Of a DNA stretch of 64,000 bases, positions 39,315 through 56,944 are shown piece after piece. Source of the DNA: Eledone cirrhosa. Its lineage: Eukaryota. Every line of letters begins with the position of its first letter. Position 1 is the stretch's first letter. The stretch lies in NCBI GenBank assembly GCA_964016885.1, contig OZ024743.1, positions 78,244,001-78,308,000 of the forward strand. The letters are read 5' to 3'. Under the pieces are notes generated by a model, which was not told where the DNA came from, made no database searches, and saw nothing but the letters and a program-made list of their open reading frames with translations. The position numbers and the translations under genes are program-made.

Positions 39315-42175
39315 GATTAACATACCTAACCTTTGAGGAGAACATGCTGACAGAAGTTGCATATCCAACTACTAATGATTTCATCAAGACTGTGAGAACA
39401 GCCCTTCCGGAGCTGACGCTTCAGTTGTTTATATTCTCAACGTCATTCCTCAAAAGCTTTGCAACTGTCCTTTATGCGCTTTATGCGGTATTGTTGCAAT
39501 TTGCCCAAACTCTCTTTTCAGAGTTTTCCGAAGATAACAGAGGCCTTCTGGATGCGCAGATATATTTCAGCATCCAAGGAGCCATCATTTGAGAGTGTGC
39601 TACCCAAATAGACAAATTGATCTACTACTCCCAACCTGGTTCCACAACCATGATATGGGGTTCAGTGTATGGTTCTCAAGAAGCAGGGGTAAACATTACT
39701 TTGGTCTTTTTAAGGCTGATTGTAAGCCCAAATGCTGTGCACGAGAATGAGAAACGGTCCATAATGTGTTGCATGTCAGCTTCTGTGTGTGCTAGGAAGT
39801 CAGCGTCGTCGGCGTAAAGAAGGTCCCTGATCAAAGGTTTTGTCTTGGCATTAAACCATCTTAAGTTGAAAACCTTTCCATTGGTTCTGAACCGTAAGAG
39901 AATGCCTCTGTCACAATCATGAAAAGTGTGTGTGAGCAAGGCAGCAAAGAAAATGGAGAAAAGCGTAGGAGCAGGAATATCACTTTGCTTTACGCCGTTG
40001 TCAATTGGGATTTCCCCAGATAGTTGACCATTGAAGGTAACCCAAGCTTTCATATTTCTGTGCAGCTGCTTTAGCATACTCACAAAATTGGGTGGACATC
40101 CTACTTTTCCAAGTATTATCCAGAGTACCTCTCCGTTAACTGTGTCGAGAGCCTTCGTTAGGTCGACAAAAAATTGATATAGGACACACTGCTCAATGCA
40201 TTTTTCTTGTATTTGTCTTACAGAGAAAATCATGTCAACTGCTCCCCTTCCTCCACAAAAACCACTCTTCGATTCTGGGATAGCTATAGGACAGATATCC
40301 TCCTCCAGACTGTTGAACAAAAGTCTTGCAAGAACCTTGCCAACAGCTTCCAACAAAGTGGTGCCACGGTTTCCACATATCAATTTTTCCCCTTTGCCTT
40401 TGTATAATTGTTTCTACTTTTGGCACAAGGCCGGCAATTACAGAGTGCATTACTGGTACTTTATTTTATCGACCTCGTAAGGATGAAAGCAAAGTTAACC
40501 TCGACGGTATTATAACTCAGACCGTAAAGAGACGTAACTATGCTGGAAAGCATTATATAATTGTTTCTACGTTAGGCACAAGGCCAGCAATTAATCCAGT
40601 GCATTACTGGTACTTTATTTTATCGACCCCGTAAGGATGAAAGGCAAAGTTAACCTTGGCGGGATTTGAACTCAGAATGGCAAGGGCCGTAACTTTATAC
40701 GTCAAAACATGGCGTCCGACCCTCTACCAATACTGCCAATAATGATAACAAAATACTGTTTATCCAGGCTTGCGGAACTGGGGTCGCGTTCCAGCAATCA
40801 GTGATGAAGTTGTTTATTGCTTCTGTTACATTATCACTACCGACTTTCAGCAGTTCGAATGAGATACCATCTGGACTTGGTGCCTTGCCAGACAGAGTTA
40901 ACCTGCTTGACTGCAAGCTTTATCTCATCAGCAGAGGAAAGTCGATCCATACGGTGGACTGTTTCACATTGAAGAAGGCCCTCTATTATTCCAAAATTGA
41001 CTGCTGATGGTTTGTCAGACAGGTCAGTAAAATGTTCCTCCCAACGCTGAAGGATTTTTGATGGCTCTTTGGTGATGATATTGGCATTGTCTTTAGATCT
41101 CAGAGGAGTTACTGAGGATATTGGTGGGCCAAAGACTTGGCGTATCAATGAGTAAAATGACTTCGAATCTTTCGTGTTAAAAGCCTGTTGGATTTCCGAA
41201 GAGATGTTACTCCACTTCTCATTTTGCATCCTGCGCAGTTCGCGTTGCAGTGATGCCTCGTGATCTATGTAGACTTTCCTGACAGCTGGTTGTGCTACGG
41301 GATTCTGATTCAGAAGTTTTTCATAGAGAGTGTGCTTGGTTTTCAGATGCTGATTGATATTAAGATTGTTGTCATCGAACCAGTCCTGGTCTTTCTTGGT
41401 TCTGAAGCCAAGTACCTCAACTCCCACTGAGTAAACTTTATCTCTAAAGTTTTCCCAGGTGCCTTCAAAGACCATCAAATCTTTCAGTTAGGGTAGCATG
41501 TACATCTGCTTGTGTCAATTTGGTGACATCAATGCGTTTCGGTATTTTCACTCCACTAATACAAATTCTTTTGTGAATACTCATCTCGAACTTTCCTCGC
41601 ACTAATTTGTAGTCGCATTCTGCACTACGCAACACACGCACTATACATACATCTCTTCCATCTCGTTTAAGAGTGATGATGAAATCAATCATGCGTCCAT
41701 GCTTGGATTTGGATGATATCAGGTATATTTATATTTGACCTTCTGACGGAAAAGAGTGTTGCAGACGGTTAAGTTGAGTTCTGAGCAGAGTTCAAGCAAC
41801 CTCGGGTCGCTGGTGTCCATTTTACCAATACCAAATGGATCGAGGGCGCCCCATGTCTCGTGATCACTACCCACACGAGCATTAAAATCACCGAGAAGTA
41901 ATAATTTATCGTCAGCAGGTGTGCATGCAATGGCAGCACGAAGAGACTCATAGAAAGAATCAATGACCATCTCACTGGACTATAGGTTTGGTGCATAAAC
42001 AGATAAAAGTGTTACATAACAGTCATGTCTCAGAGGAATACAAAGCTTCATAATGCGATCGGTTACACCAATAGGACATTCCATACGATCAAGCAGGGGT
42101 GTTCTAATGGCAAAGCCAACACCGCCCTCTCTCCGTTTAGCTATGGGTTTACCTACCCCAAAACGAGAGAAGCCT
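39315..42175 (-). mobile_element. RTE/BovB-like LINE (APE endonuclease plus RT), degraded and split by a SINE dimer
   Basis: VYAP, LLGDFNARVG, MIDFIIT, KAPSPDGI, FVDLTKALDTV, LLYADD. Confidence 0.9.
40405..40740 (-). mobile_element. Two tandem tRNA-derived SINE copies (~40405-40552 and ~40557-40740)
   Basis: Repeated TTGTTTCTAC...GGCACAAGGCC...TACTGGTACTTTATTTTATCGACC units inserted in the RTE codons SILLSL|YKGKG. Confidence 0.85.
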
Positions 42176-42254
42176 GATGATGTTTTGGACTTGGTGTTAA
42201 ACAGTCTTAGATTAAATACTTTGCCAGAAGTTCTAATTCACAAGTATACACCGA

Positions 42255-43140
42255 TTTAGAAGGCTTGGAATGCATATGTCAGCACCCCGGCAAAGTAGAT
42301 GGAGAACAGAGTGGATGCAAGTATGTCGTCTTGCTTCACACCATTTTCCACTGATATTGGCTCTGACAGTGTCCCTTTGAAGTTCACTTTTGCTTTCATA
42401 TTTTTATGGAGTTTTTTTTAATATTCCAACAAATTCATGGAGGAATACAAGTTTCCCTAATATAACCCACAATGCACTACCATTAACAGTATCGAAGGCT
42501 TTGGTAGGGTCTGCAAATACTTGGTATAGTGACACTTGTTGCTCAACACATTTCACTATAAGCTTTTGGGCTGAGAAAATCATGTCCATAGTACCCCGGC
42601 CAGCTCTGAATCCACACTGGGTCTCAGGGATGACAACAGGGTAGATCCATTTTATTAGATGATTCAGCAAGACATTGGATAAGACTTTCCTACTGATTCG
42701 AGCAGACTTATACCATGACAATCACCACATTCCGAATTGGAGCCCTTGCCCTTGTAAATCGAGAGTCTATGAACGGCTGTAGCAGTAGACCTTAACTCAT
42801 CAATGGTTGGATCATTGATCTGTTACAGTCTCTTTTTGAGGCAGTCCATTAATACTTTCCTCATCAACTACTGATGGGTTGTCAAACAGATATTTAAAGT
42901 GTTTAGTCCACTGATTCATGATTCCCGTTGGATCTACGATGAGGGCGTTCCCATCTTTTGACTTCAATGGTACCACTTTTTAGGGCTGTGGACCAACAAC
43001 CTTGCCTTATTTTGCTGTATAATGCCTTCAAGTCTCTGCAGCTATAAGCCCTATGCATCTCTTTTGAAACTTCACACCACCAGTTATTCTTTATCTTTCG
43101 AGTTTTACATTGCAGTTTGATTTGCCGTTTTGAAGCTCAC
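42255..43140 (-). mobile_element. Second RTE/BovB-like RT fragment
   Basis: IPETQCGFRAGRGTMDMIFS, FADPTKAFDTVN, GVKQDDILASTLF. Confidence 0.85.
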
Positions 43141-43712
43141 TAGAGTTCATGACTAAAGATGTGAACAAAAGTGTCATGGTGATAGAGGAGGAGAATCTTA
43201 TGGAAGACACACAAGAACAAAGAACTGTAAGTAACTACTATAACCTCATGTCTGTAATATTCTGTTTGACAGTTTTGTGATATGATATACTTCAAAAGGC
43301 AGGTGAAACATGCTACAGAAGATGTCAGTAGAATCTGGCTAGAAGACAAAGGAAGCCATTCCTACTAAGTGTTAAAAGAAGAAATAATGGATGAAAGTTT
43401 TGTTAAAGAGAGTAGAGAAAGCAAGGATGATGAAAATGGTGACCCCACCCTCCTTGTGAAGGATATCCAATTCTCTGTTATATATGTGAGAACCCCTGAT
43501 GGTAAAATTTTGAACATTGATTTATCAACAGAAACTAAAACTCAACTCATTCTTTGAGTGCCAGTTTGTTCCAACCCTGCTGCAGCTGTTATGCTGACTG
43601 ATATTGATGACTCACCTTCTGTTAGTCACATCTAATGAGGAGGAGGTGGTGGTGGTAAGGAAAACAAATAAATATTCGTTAAAAGACTCCAGTTGTATTT
43701 TCGATTTCTTCT

Positions 43713-43798
<86 letters not shown>

Positions 43799-43802
<4 letters not shown>

Positions 43803-46800
43803 AAATATGAACAGGAACAAAACAGAGAGGCAGTACAACGAATGTTTATTAATTTCACGCTCTTTAGAGTGGGCTGGCGGTGGGGAACGACGTTTCGGGC
43901 ATAAGCCCTTCTTCAGGTGAAAAGTGTGTGGGAAGAGAGTTCAAAGCGTGTGTAGGGGAGTGGTGGAGAGACATATAGCAAAAAGGGGGTGGGAGGAAAC
44001 GATGCAAATGAAATTAAAAATAAAAGCATGATCAAAATAAAATAAAATTAAAATGGGGTAAAACAGGAGGTGGAAGGATGTGGGGCGTGTAGGGGTGGTG
44101 GCGGGTGGAGTGGGGAGAGGGAGACGGGGTGTCCGAGCGGGGAGGGCTGAAGGTGGTGTGTGTGTGTAGGTGTACGGGTGTGTGTGTGTGTGTGTGTATG
44201 TGAAAGCAAGGGTTTGGGGAAGAACGGGGTTGCATGTTCAGGAAGAGGTGTGTGTGGGGTAGGGTGTAGGTCGGAGTGTGTGTGCGTGTGTGGATAGAGG
44301 GGTGGGGGAGAGGAATCCGGAGGCTGAATGTGTAAATATGTGGTGGAACGCATGTGTGTGTGTGGTGTTTAAGCGTGTTGTGGGTGTAGATATGTTGTTT
44401 ACTCGAGAGAAGACTACGTTGGTACGCTCACGTGATGCGCATGAAAGACGACAACTGTATAAAAAAGTGCAGGGCGATAAAAATAGACGGTAGCCATTTT
44501 TGGGGGTGTGTGTGTGGGTGAGTTATAAAAGTGATTCCGTAAGAAGATGTGGTGGAAGGGTTAGTAAAATCCTAGGATGGTAGTTGATTCCGCGGTCAAG
44601 GTCCACATACGAGTAATCCGTGAAGAGATTGGTCGGAAGAGGGGAGATGTGGGGTGCGCGCGCAACAGGAAGTGGTCAAGGCAGTAGTAGTGCTGTGTGT
44701 CTGTGTGTGCTGGGAGGTGGTCAGAGGGAATAGCAGCAGTAGGGTGGAATGGTAAAGGGGCGAGGATGGGTAGGTGTGAAAGTTGGAGTGAGGAGGGTGT
44801 GTGTGTGTATTAGTAGAGGTGTTAGTGGGATGAGTGAGTGTTTGAGAAAGGGTGTGGGTGGAGCGGGGAGAGAAGGGTGTGGGGTTCGATGGAGGGAGTG
44901 TGGTGTACTGGTGTGTGTGTAGTTTGATGAAGGGGGTGTTAGTGGGTGTTAGTATACAGGAGGTGGAGAAAGGGTTGAATGCGGGTGTGAGTGGGGGTCA
45001 GTGATGTTAGTTGCGTGTGGGGTGGGTGGTGTAAGTGGGTGCGTGTGTTCGTGTGCTTGGGGTCAAGGGGTGTTAGTGATGTTAGTTGCGGGGTGGATGT
45101 GTGGGGGTGAGGGTTAGTGGTGGTAGTAGGGTGTGTGTTTAGTGTGAGCGCGTGTATATATGTGCCGGTGGGTGTGTGCGTGTGATAAGGAGGGGGAGAA
45201 GAAGGGAGGGATGTTAGTATGTTAGTTGGGGAAGGGTGGTCGGATGAGGGGTGGAGTGGAGGTGTTAGTATTGTTAGTTGTGGGGTGGCCGGTGAAAAGG
45301 AGGGGTGTGTTAGTGGTGTTAGTGGGATATATGTGTGGGGGGAGGGGTGCGGTCGAAGGCTAAAGGAATAAGGGTGTGGAGTTCAGGCCGGGGGGAGTGT
45401 GGGTCTGTAAGATGAAGATGGATCTTTGTTCAACTCTGAGGAGATTGGCGGGTGTTCCTTGGCATTGGAGTAGGCCACAGACTGTGAGATGGCGTACCGA
45501 ATGTCCAGGCGCACCAAAGTGGCAGGCGATGGAGGAACTACCACCGAGACGAATATCCCGGAGGTGCTCAGTGAATCTGTCCGCCAGGCGACGTCCCGTC
45601 TGTCCGACGTAAGTCGCGCTGCACTCCGTGCAGCGAAGTCCGTAGACTAGGTTGGAGGAGGTGCAGCGGAAGGCATGCCGGACAGAGAGAGAGTGGCCGT
45701 TGGGACCCTGGAAGGTGGTGGTGTTGGTGATGTGGGGGCAGGTGTTGCAGCGGGGCCTACAACAGGGAAAGGAACCGGGGGGGAAACAGAGCGTGGGTTG
45801 GGGGGTAGGGAGCTGTGGACGAGGAGGGTACGGAGATTGCGTGCGCGTTTGAAGGAGGGGAGTGGTGGGGTTGGGAATATGTGGGCGGTGGAGGGGTCGG
45901 ACTGGAGGCGTCGGAAGAGGCGGCGGATGGTGCGGTGGAGGGGTAAGGTGGAGGGGTGGTAGGTGATGGGGAAGGGGAGACGGTGGGTGGGTGTGCGGTA
46001 GCGTGGGGTGAGGGTGGTGGAGCGGGGGACAGCACGGGCGCGGGTGAGAGCGGTGTAGACGAGAGAGGGGGGTAACCTTTGCGGATGAAGTGGCTGACTA
46101 GGGAAAGGGCCTGGGACTCGAAGTCAGCATTACGGCTACAGAGGCGGCGGATCCTGAGAAGTTGGGAGTAGGGAATTGAGTGTTTAGTGTGGGTGGGGTG
46201 GGAAGAGGTGAAGTCGAGGTAAGAGTGGGAGTCGGTGGGTTTGAAGAAGGCGGAGGTGACGAGGGAGTGGTGGGAGGGGTCGAAGGCGACGGAGTTGTCT
46301 AAGAAGTGGACGTGGGTGGTGGAGATAGAGGTGGTGAAGTGGAGGGAGGCGTGGAAGGAGCAGAAGAGGGAGGGGTGGAAGGAGCAGAAGAAGGAGAGAA
46401 AGGAGTGGAACTGTTCTCGGGTGAGGGTCGTGGCTCCGATACAGTCGTCGATGTAACGACCGTACAGTTCGGGCGTGCGGCCGGTGTACTGGGCAAAGAT
46501 TTGGGCCTCAACATGGCCACCAAAAAGGTTGGCATTGTTCGGGCCCATTCTTGTACCCATGGCTACCCCGTGACCTGTTGGTAAAACTCACCCGAGAAGG
46601 AGAAACAATTGAGGGTGAGGACCAGCTCGGCGAGGCGAAGGCTGGTGGGGGTGGAGGGAATGGGGGAGGGGCGAAGATCGAGGTAGTGTTTGAGGGCGCG
46701 TACGCCGTCGGCGTGGGGGATGACGGTATAGAGGGACTTGATGTCTAGGGTGAAGAGGAAGGGCTGTGGGCCGGGTGGGTAGGTGAAGAAGTCGAAAAGG

Positions 46801-48052
46801 CGAAGGGCGTGGTTGGTGTCGGAGATGTGGGAGGGGAGGGTGGTGACAAGGGGGGCGAGGATGGTGTCGAGAAAGACGGAGATGAGTTCGGTGGGGCAGT
46901 TGCAAGCAGAGACGATGGGGCGGCCGGGGTTGTCGGGTTTGTGGAGTTTGGGGAGGAAGTAGATGGTGGGGGTGCGGGGGGTGCGGACGATGAGGTGGGA
47001 AGCGGTGGAGGGGAGGAGAGAGGAGGAGACAAGGGGTCGGATGGTGGAGGAAACTTGTTGTTGGTAGAGGGGTGTGGGATCGGAGGGTAGAGGGCGGTAG
47101 AAGAGGGGGTTACGGAGCTGCCTGAGGGCTTCGGCAGTGTAGAGGTCCGTGCGCCACACCACCACGGCGCCTCCCTTGTCCGCCGGTTTGATGACGATGT
47201 CATCTCGGCTATGGAGGGAGTGGAGAGCGAGGAGTTCGCCCCGTGAGATATTATTCCGTTTGGAACGGTGGCGGAAGTCGAAACGATTTACGGCGCTACG
47301 GCTGGCATCGACGAACGATTCCAGGGTGCTAAATTGCCCTAGGGCCGGCGTCCAGGAAGATCGTTGAGAAACGGGTCTGGGGCGAGAAACGAGTCTGGGG
47401 CGTCCGGCGCCGGTGGCGTTCGGCCGAAATGTGCCTGTAGCTTCGTGCGTCGCACGAATCGCTCGACTTCCGTTCGGGTGCGGAGTGTGGGGTATGAAGC
47501 AAAGGCCTCTACTAAGGAGTGAGCGCTCAGGTGCGGAGAGGGGAGGTCAGGGGGTATGGTGACAACAAGTGGTGGGGTTTGGGTTTGTGGGGGGAAGGGA
47601 GCGTGTGGTGAGGTGGAGGGTGGAGATTGGGTAGGGGTGTGGGTGGAGGGAGGGGGGGGGGGGGAGTGGTGGGCTCATTTGGTGGATGGGGGTGGTTGGG
47701 AGGAGTGAGTGTAGCTTGCGGGCTTTGGTGGAGCTGAGGAAGGAGAAGAGGTCGTGGTTGTGGTTTTGGATGAAGGAGAGGATGGCTTGGGCATATATAT
47801 ATATAGATATATATGTTTATTTTTATTTTTATTATGTTTTCATTTGTACCGTTTCCTCTCACCCCCTTTTTTCTAAATGTCTCTCCTCTACTCCCCTACA
47901 CACCCTTGGAACTCTCTTCCCACACACTTTTCGCCCGAAGAGGTGCTTATGCCCGAAACGTCGGTCCCCACCACCACCCCATTCTCAAGAGCGTGAAACT
48001 AATAAACCTTTGTTCGTACTGTCTCTCTGTTTTGTTCCCGTTCCAATTTTCA
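43799..48052 (-). mobile_element. Neptune-type Penelope-like element, 5'-truncated, with inverted pLTR (43799-44030 / ~47815-48052)
   Basis: IKPADKGGAVVVW, PGRPIVS, LDIKSLYT, MGTRMGP, RYIDD, CCRPRCNTC, VYGLRCTECSATYVGQT. Confidence 0.92.
43887..43919 (-). ncRNA. Minimal type-I hammerhead; mutated inverted copy at ~47933-47965 (+)
   Basis: AC-CUGAAGA-A-GGGC uuau GCCC-GAAA-C-GUC-GU. Confidence 0.8.
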
Positions 48053-48065
48053 CGATATATATATA

Positions 48066-48135
<70 letters not shown>

Positions 48136-48320
48136 AATTAATATATCTAGTAACATATATATACACAGATGCATACTTATGCTAGCAAATATATAGGTTT
48201 TGTCTTAGTAACTTTGTGGTTCAATGCATGGGGATGCAGAACAATAATATGAGAGACGTAAAATAAGAAAATTATAAAATTAACTAACTTACTTACTAAA
48301 ATTTATATATATATAAAATT

Positions 48321-48379
<59 letters not shown>

Positions 48380-48824
48380 TTATATATATATATACAGGGA
48401 GTGTAACGTGAGGTTACTCTAGGTTCACCCAGGTGAGCACTCGATGTTTAGGTTCATGTCAGTGGAGTTTAGGAATGTTTTGGCATATACGATAGGTGGG
48501 GTGGGGTGAGTGTAGTGACGAGGTAGTGGTGAGGAGCAATGGTTGATGTGAGTGGCAGGGTGTGGTGTTTTGGCTTGCCCTAGGTATGTCGGCGTGTACG
48601 TGGTGAGGTGTATTGTGTGGATGTGGTCGGGCTTTGCGTGATATGATGAAAGAATGCGGTGTAGGAGGTTTAAGCTGGTCATCAGTTTGTGACGGAGTAG
48701 TGGGTATGTTATCCTGTTTAGACATCGTTAAAGGGGATATGCACTAAAAGGAATTAATGAAGTGATGCGTATGGTATGTGGTTAGTTTATGAACATACAT
48801 ATAAATTAATATATATATATATAA

Positions 48825-49733
48825 ATGAGGAGTTATGGTATGGGGCTAGTATTTGTGAAGTCTATAAAGAACATGTTTATAGAAAATGCTGTAAAATTTC
48901 AAGCCCTACAATACCAACCTGCAAACACAAAGACAATACAACAAAGCTATACTGGACAGGAATGGATCAAAATCCCCCTGTCGAAATCGATACGAGACCT
49001 GGAGATAGACATGGGCGATGATGCATTTTTTTCTTCACACATCATGAGGCTGGTGACAATATGCAGGCGGCAAGTTGTGTATATCTTGAGCACTTTCCGG
49101 ACAAGAGACCGAGAGACCATGTTGGTACTATGGAGGATATTTGTCCTAAGCCGCCTGGACTACTGTTCCCAGTTGTGGTCACCCCATAGTGTCAAACTAA
49201 CCACGGAGCTTGAGGCAATACAATGAAGCTACACCAAGAGGATTGCCACGATGAAGGAGATGGGCTACTGGGAGAGGCTTAAATAACTGAAACTCTACTT
49301 TTTGGAACGAAGACGGGAGAGATACGCAGTGACATACATATGGAAAATCTAGCACCAAACTTAGGCATTGAGAGCTGGACCAACCACCGAATAGGACGTC
49401 ACTGTGCGGTGCCAAAGGTCCCGTCTTTTACATATAGAATAAGGAACAGATATTGCAATTAACCTGGGGTTTAAAGGCCCTCAACTCTTCAACAAGTTGC
49501 TAATGGATTTGAGAGATCTGCTTGGTGTGGACGTGGATATTTTCAAGAAACATCTTGACACCCTGCTATCCGGGATCCCGAATGATCCCGCAGCACGATA
49601 CGAAGGTAACCTAAGTGCAGCAGCAACGAACTCCCTCTTGCCCAATGGCCAGCCAACACAGGCTGGGGATAGAATCTGTATCAACAAGAGCGGGACCCCA
49701 GCATGGCCTCAGCCGGATGGCTGGGACAGATAA
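48825..49733 (+). mobile_element. CR1-type LINE 3' fragment
   Basis: SRLDYCSQLWSP...LEAIQ..YWERL..LKLYFLERRRER. Confidence 0.85.
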
Positions 49734-49754
49734 AAGAGTAAAAGAGTATATATA

Positions 49755-50203
49755 TGTAGCTAAATCTGTCCACGCTTTGAACCTTGGGTGACACCTGAAA
49801 GTCAAATTCTAGGTCACCATCCTTTCTCGGTGTAGACAGGTTCATGCGCGGGCTATCCCTTCGAGGTGGGAGACAGAATGCGACAGATATATAAAGCCTG
49901 TATCATCCCACGTTTACACAGAGAGATGGGAGCACCACGATACAGACAAGCTATGTGAATGATTCACCGCTACCTTCAGGCCGCAGAGGTCTACAGACCA
50001 TTAATCTCTCTCTCTCCTGGTCGCAGACTACACCAGCCTCATAAACCAACAACAAAATAACATTGTCAACCTTCGCAACTCGTGGTAACTTGTTTATTGT
50101 TCTTTTTGACTGAAGCGAAGTAAACCTTTTTACATATAAAGTAAATCGCTATTCTTGTTATTATCTCTAACAACCACCACTAATACCTTCGTTACCAACT
50201 ACA
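49755..50203 (+). mobile_element. Solo LTR
   Basis: TGTAG...CTACA termini, TATATAAA, AGTAAA signals; imperfect 4-bp TSD (TATA/AATA). Confidence 0.55.
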
Positions 50204-51084
50204 AATACCCCTCCTTAAATATATACCCTTGCTCATGTCCAACACTTGCTAGCAGGATGCGGGTTAAGTGGACGTTAAAACGACACATTGATGATGATGG
50301 AGAGAGAGAGAAAGAGAGAGAGACTGATTTCTGTTATTGGGGTGTTATATTTTGCAAGGCACTTTTCTTCCTTTGATGTTTTTATTGGAAATGTTAAGAA
50401 AATCTTCATATTTTTCATAATTTTTATGTTTGATTTATTTTACTACTGAAAAGTCATTTTCCATAGAACTTTCGTTAGTTGCTAAAGTTTACATAAGACC
50501 CTTTAACAAATTTCTATGCAATTCCTAATAATATTTAAGTATAAATGTAGATCGAATGGCTAAAGGGTCCACCAGAGTAAAATAAGAATTAAAAGGGTCC
50601 ATAGGTAACAAAAAGTTTGTGAAACTCTGGTCTAGATATTTACCAGTATAAGTGAGTAATATTTACTAGTAATGTAATTATAAGTGGTTCAAAGTAGTGT
50701 TAGGAGGGCGGGGAAATGAGGTGTGATGGGATAGACATAAGATCAGAGGAATAGATTTGAGATAGTTGTTTCTACTTTTGGCACAAGGCCATCAAATTAT
50801 CAAATTACACAGTGTATTACTGGTACTTTATTTTATCGATTAATAAGGATTGAAATGAGTTGAAATGAAAATATAAGGAGATAAAGCACATATTTACCAG
50901 TGTCCTCGCCTCCAATAAGCAGTGGGAATTGTTTTCATCTAATAATCAGTCTATAGTTTCTTAACCCATTCGACTACTAATTATCTATATATTAAAGAGA
51001 AATGTTTATTAGCTGGTTGGTTGCGCGAAGACTACACACACACACACATACATCTAGAGAGAGAGAGAGAGAGAGAGAGTGAGA

Positions 51085-51124
<40 letters not shown>

Positions 51125-51126
51125 GA

Positions 51127-51158
<32 letters not shown>

Positions 51159-51309
51159 CGTCCCACAAAAGTATTTGATTTTATAGAACAAAGAAAAAAA
51201 TTGATACTATTTGAAATGAATCTACGGTCTATATTAAGTTAGCTTTTTGAGGACAGTGTCATGTTATTATTGACCTAATTATTATTGACCTATGAGCGGT
51301 GGATTTACA

Positions 51310-51484
51310 ATAACAGTAGAGTGTCGGATGCGATGCTTTGCGGCACAGAGTTACGGCTCTTTATGATATGATTTCAAATCCCGCCGAGGTTAGTTTTGTT
51401 TTTCATCATTACGGGGTCGATAAAATAAAGTACCAGTAATGCACTGGGATAATCGCTGGCCTTGTGCCAAAAGTTGAAACAATT
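51310..51484 (+). mobile_element. tRNA-derived SINE; another partial copy at 50763-50842 (-)
   Basis: TTTCAAATCCCGCCGAGGTT...GGGGTCGATAAAATAAAGTACCAGTA...GGCCTTGTGCC. Confidence 0.82.
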
Positions 51485-51831
51485 ATTGACCAAATTCAGA
51501 TGACACAGTGTCAACCAATTCTCTAAAGCTGCTATTTGCATGTATTTCTATTCTTTTATATTGCTTTGTATTGTTGGTTTTTTCACGATAATTTCCAAGG
51601 AAATTAATTCCATCATGTCACCAAAACACCACTCATCTAGCCCTGGGTACAATGTCCGCCAAATGGTTGCCTTGAACCATGTACATTTAAAATCCTCATC
51701 GCCATTTTGCAATTGTTTTCCATGCTTGCACGGGTTATGCGGTTCTTTTCCAACACAGCATACAGCACTTCTGTAGGTCAAGGAAGGTATAGGCAGAAGT
51801 TGTGAGAGGCGATCTCAAATCATTGAAGATC

Positions 51832-52760
<929 letters not shown>

Positions 52761-52875
52761 TTTTGTATGTGTGTATGCACGTATATATTAATGTGTAGGT
52801 CTGTATATATATATATGTAGATATGTATATATAAGTGTATGTATATGTATGTGTGTATATGTTTGAGTAGGTTTG

Positions 52876-52946
<71 letters not shown>

Positions 52947-53002
52947 ATATATATATATATATATATTGATAAATATATATGTGCATGTATGCGTGTACGT
53001 AC

Positions 53003-53080
<78 letters not shown>

Positions 53081-53599
53081 GTGTGTGTGTGTGTTTCCTC
53101 TATGTGTGTGTTGTTTTTCAATGTATGTATACTTACCTTTTTCAATTTTATATTTTTTAAAATATTTTTCTATAGATTTTGAATGTTTACGTAAATATCT
53201 AGATTTGATTTTATGAGGAAATAGATTACTATTTATGTGTATCTATGTATGTATGTATATATATATGTGGGTGTATTGGTGTGCGGGTGTGAATGTGTAT
53301 GGATTTTTACGTGTGTGTATGGGAATATGCATAACTATATATCTGTGTTAGATACGCATTTATGGCTTTATTGTTTATGTATGTGTTTGTATATATGAAT
53401 ACATGTATGAGTATGTAAATATGTATGTTGGTGTATAGATGTATGTGTATATATGTATTAGTATATGTGAGTATCTATATATGTGTGTGTGTGTATATGT
53501 ATGTATATATATGTGTAAGTATATGTGTGTATTTATGTATGTGTATATGTATATACATTTGTGTGTATATGTGTATGTATATATGTATATTTATATATA

Positions 53600-53973
53600 C
53601 ATACTGCCTGCTGTTGAACATCATCTGGTTTGCCAGCACAGTGATCGAGTCTGCCTGAGTAAAGCTGGTTTGACTAGACACGAACAAAGTCATATCAGTA
53701 GACCACATATAGATTATTATTTGAAAATGTGTAAGGAATGTGCTAGCATGGGAGGTCTTAAAAGACACATGAGAACACACATCCAGAACAAAGCAATGGA
53801 AAGCCCAGGAGGAGCATACAGTTACCAGAGGGTGCAAGAGGGTGAAACCTACAGTTACCAGAGGGTGCCAGAGGGTGCAAGGCTTTGGCTGGTTTAAAGA
53901 GCCACATTCGTGCCTCACATTTTTGAGCATTTTATCGGGCGATGGCAATGCTCGAACACGAGTTTGCACCCAT

Positions 53974-53979
<6 letters not shown>
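53600..53979 (+). mobile_element. LINE 3' end with two degenerate C2H2 fingers and (ATC)n tail
   Basis: VCLSKAGLTRHEQSH...GGLKRHMRTH. Confidence 0.5.
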
Positions 53980-54029
<50 letters not shown>

Positions 54030-54044
54030 GCGTGTGTGTATGCG

Positions 54045-54096
<52 letters not shown>

Positions 54097-54119
54097 CGTG
54101 TGTGTGTGTGAATAGATGA

Positions 54120-56695
<2,576 letters not shown>

Positions 56696-56902
56696 CGTAT
56701 CGAGAGAGAGAGAAAAAAAGGAAGGATAGGTGATACATGGAGTTATTTGCCAAATAGCGTATGCAGAAGGTGCTCAATACTAGTGCCGGCAGTCTTAAAT
56801 ATTAGAAGTGTTAATATTTAGTGGGCGAGAGTTAGCAGAGCGTAAGCACGTGGAAAAGTAAGAAATCGGAGAACAGACCGTTAATACATGTTTATTTAAA
56901 AC

Positions 56903-56944
56903 TGCACCTACGTACGTTTCGCCCGGATGGGCTTTTCAAGGGCA
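56903..56944 (-). ncRNA. Type-I hammerhead with U3-A8 core, at a PLE-like pLTR end
   Basis: CC-UUGAAAA-GCCC aucc GGGC-GAAA-CGUAC-GUA-GG, followed by AATAAA. Confidence 0.78.

Noticed and set aside
53600-53790. Host C2H2 zinc-finger gene
   Set aside because: Degenerate fingers directly followed by a LINE-type 3' UTR and (ATC)n tail.
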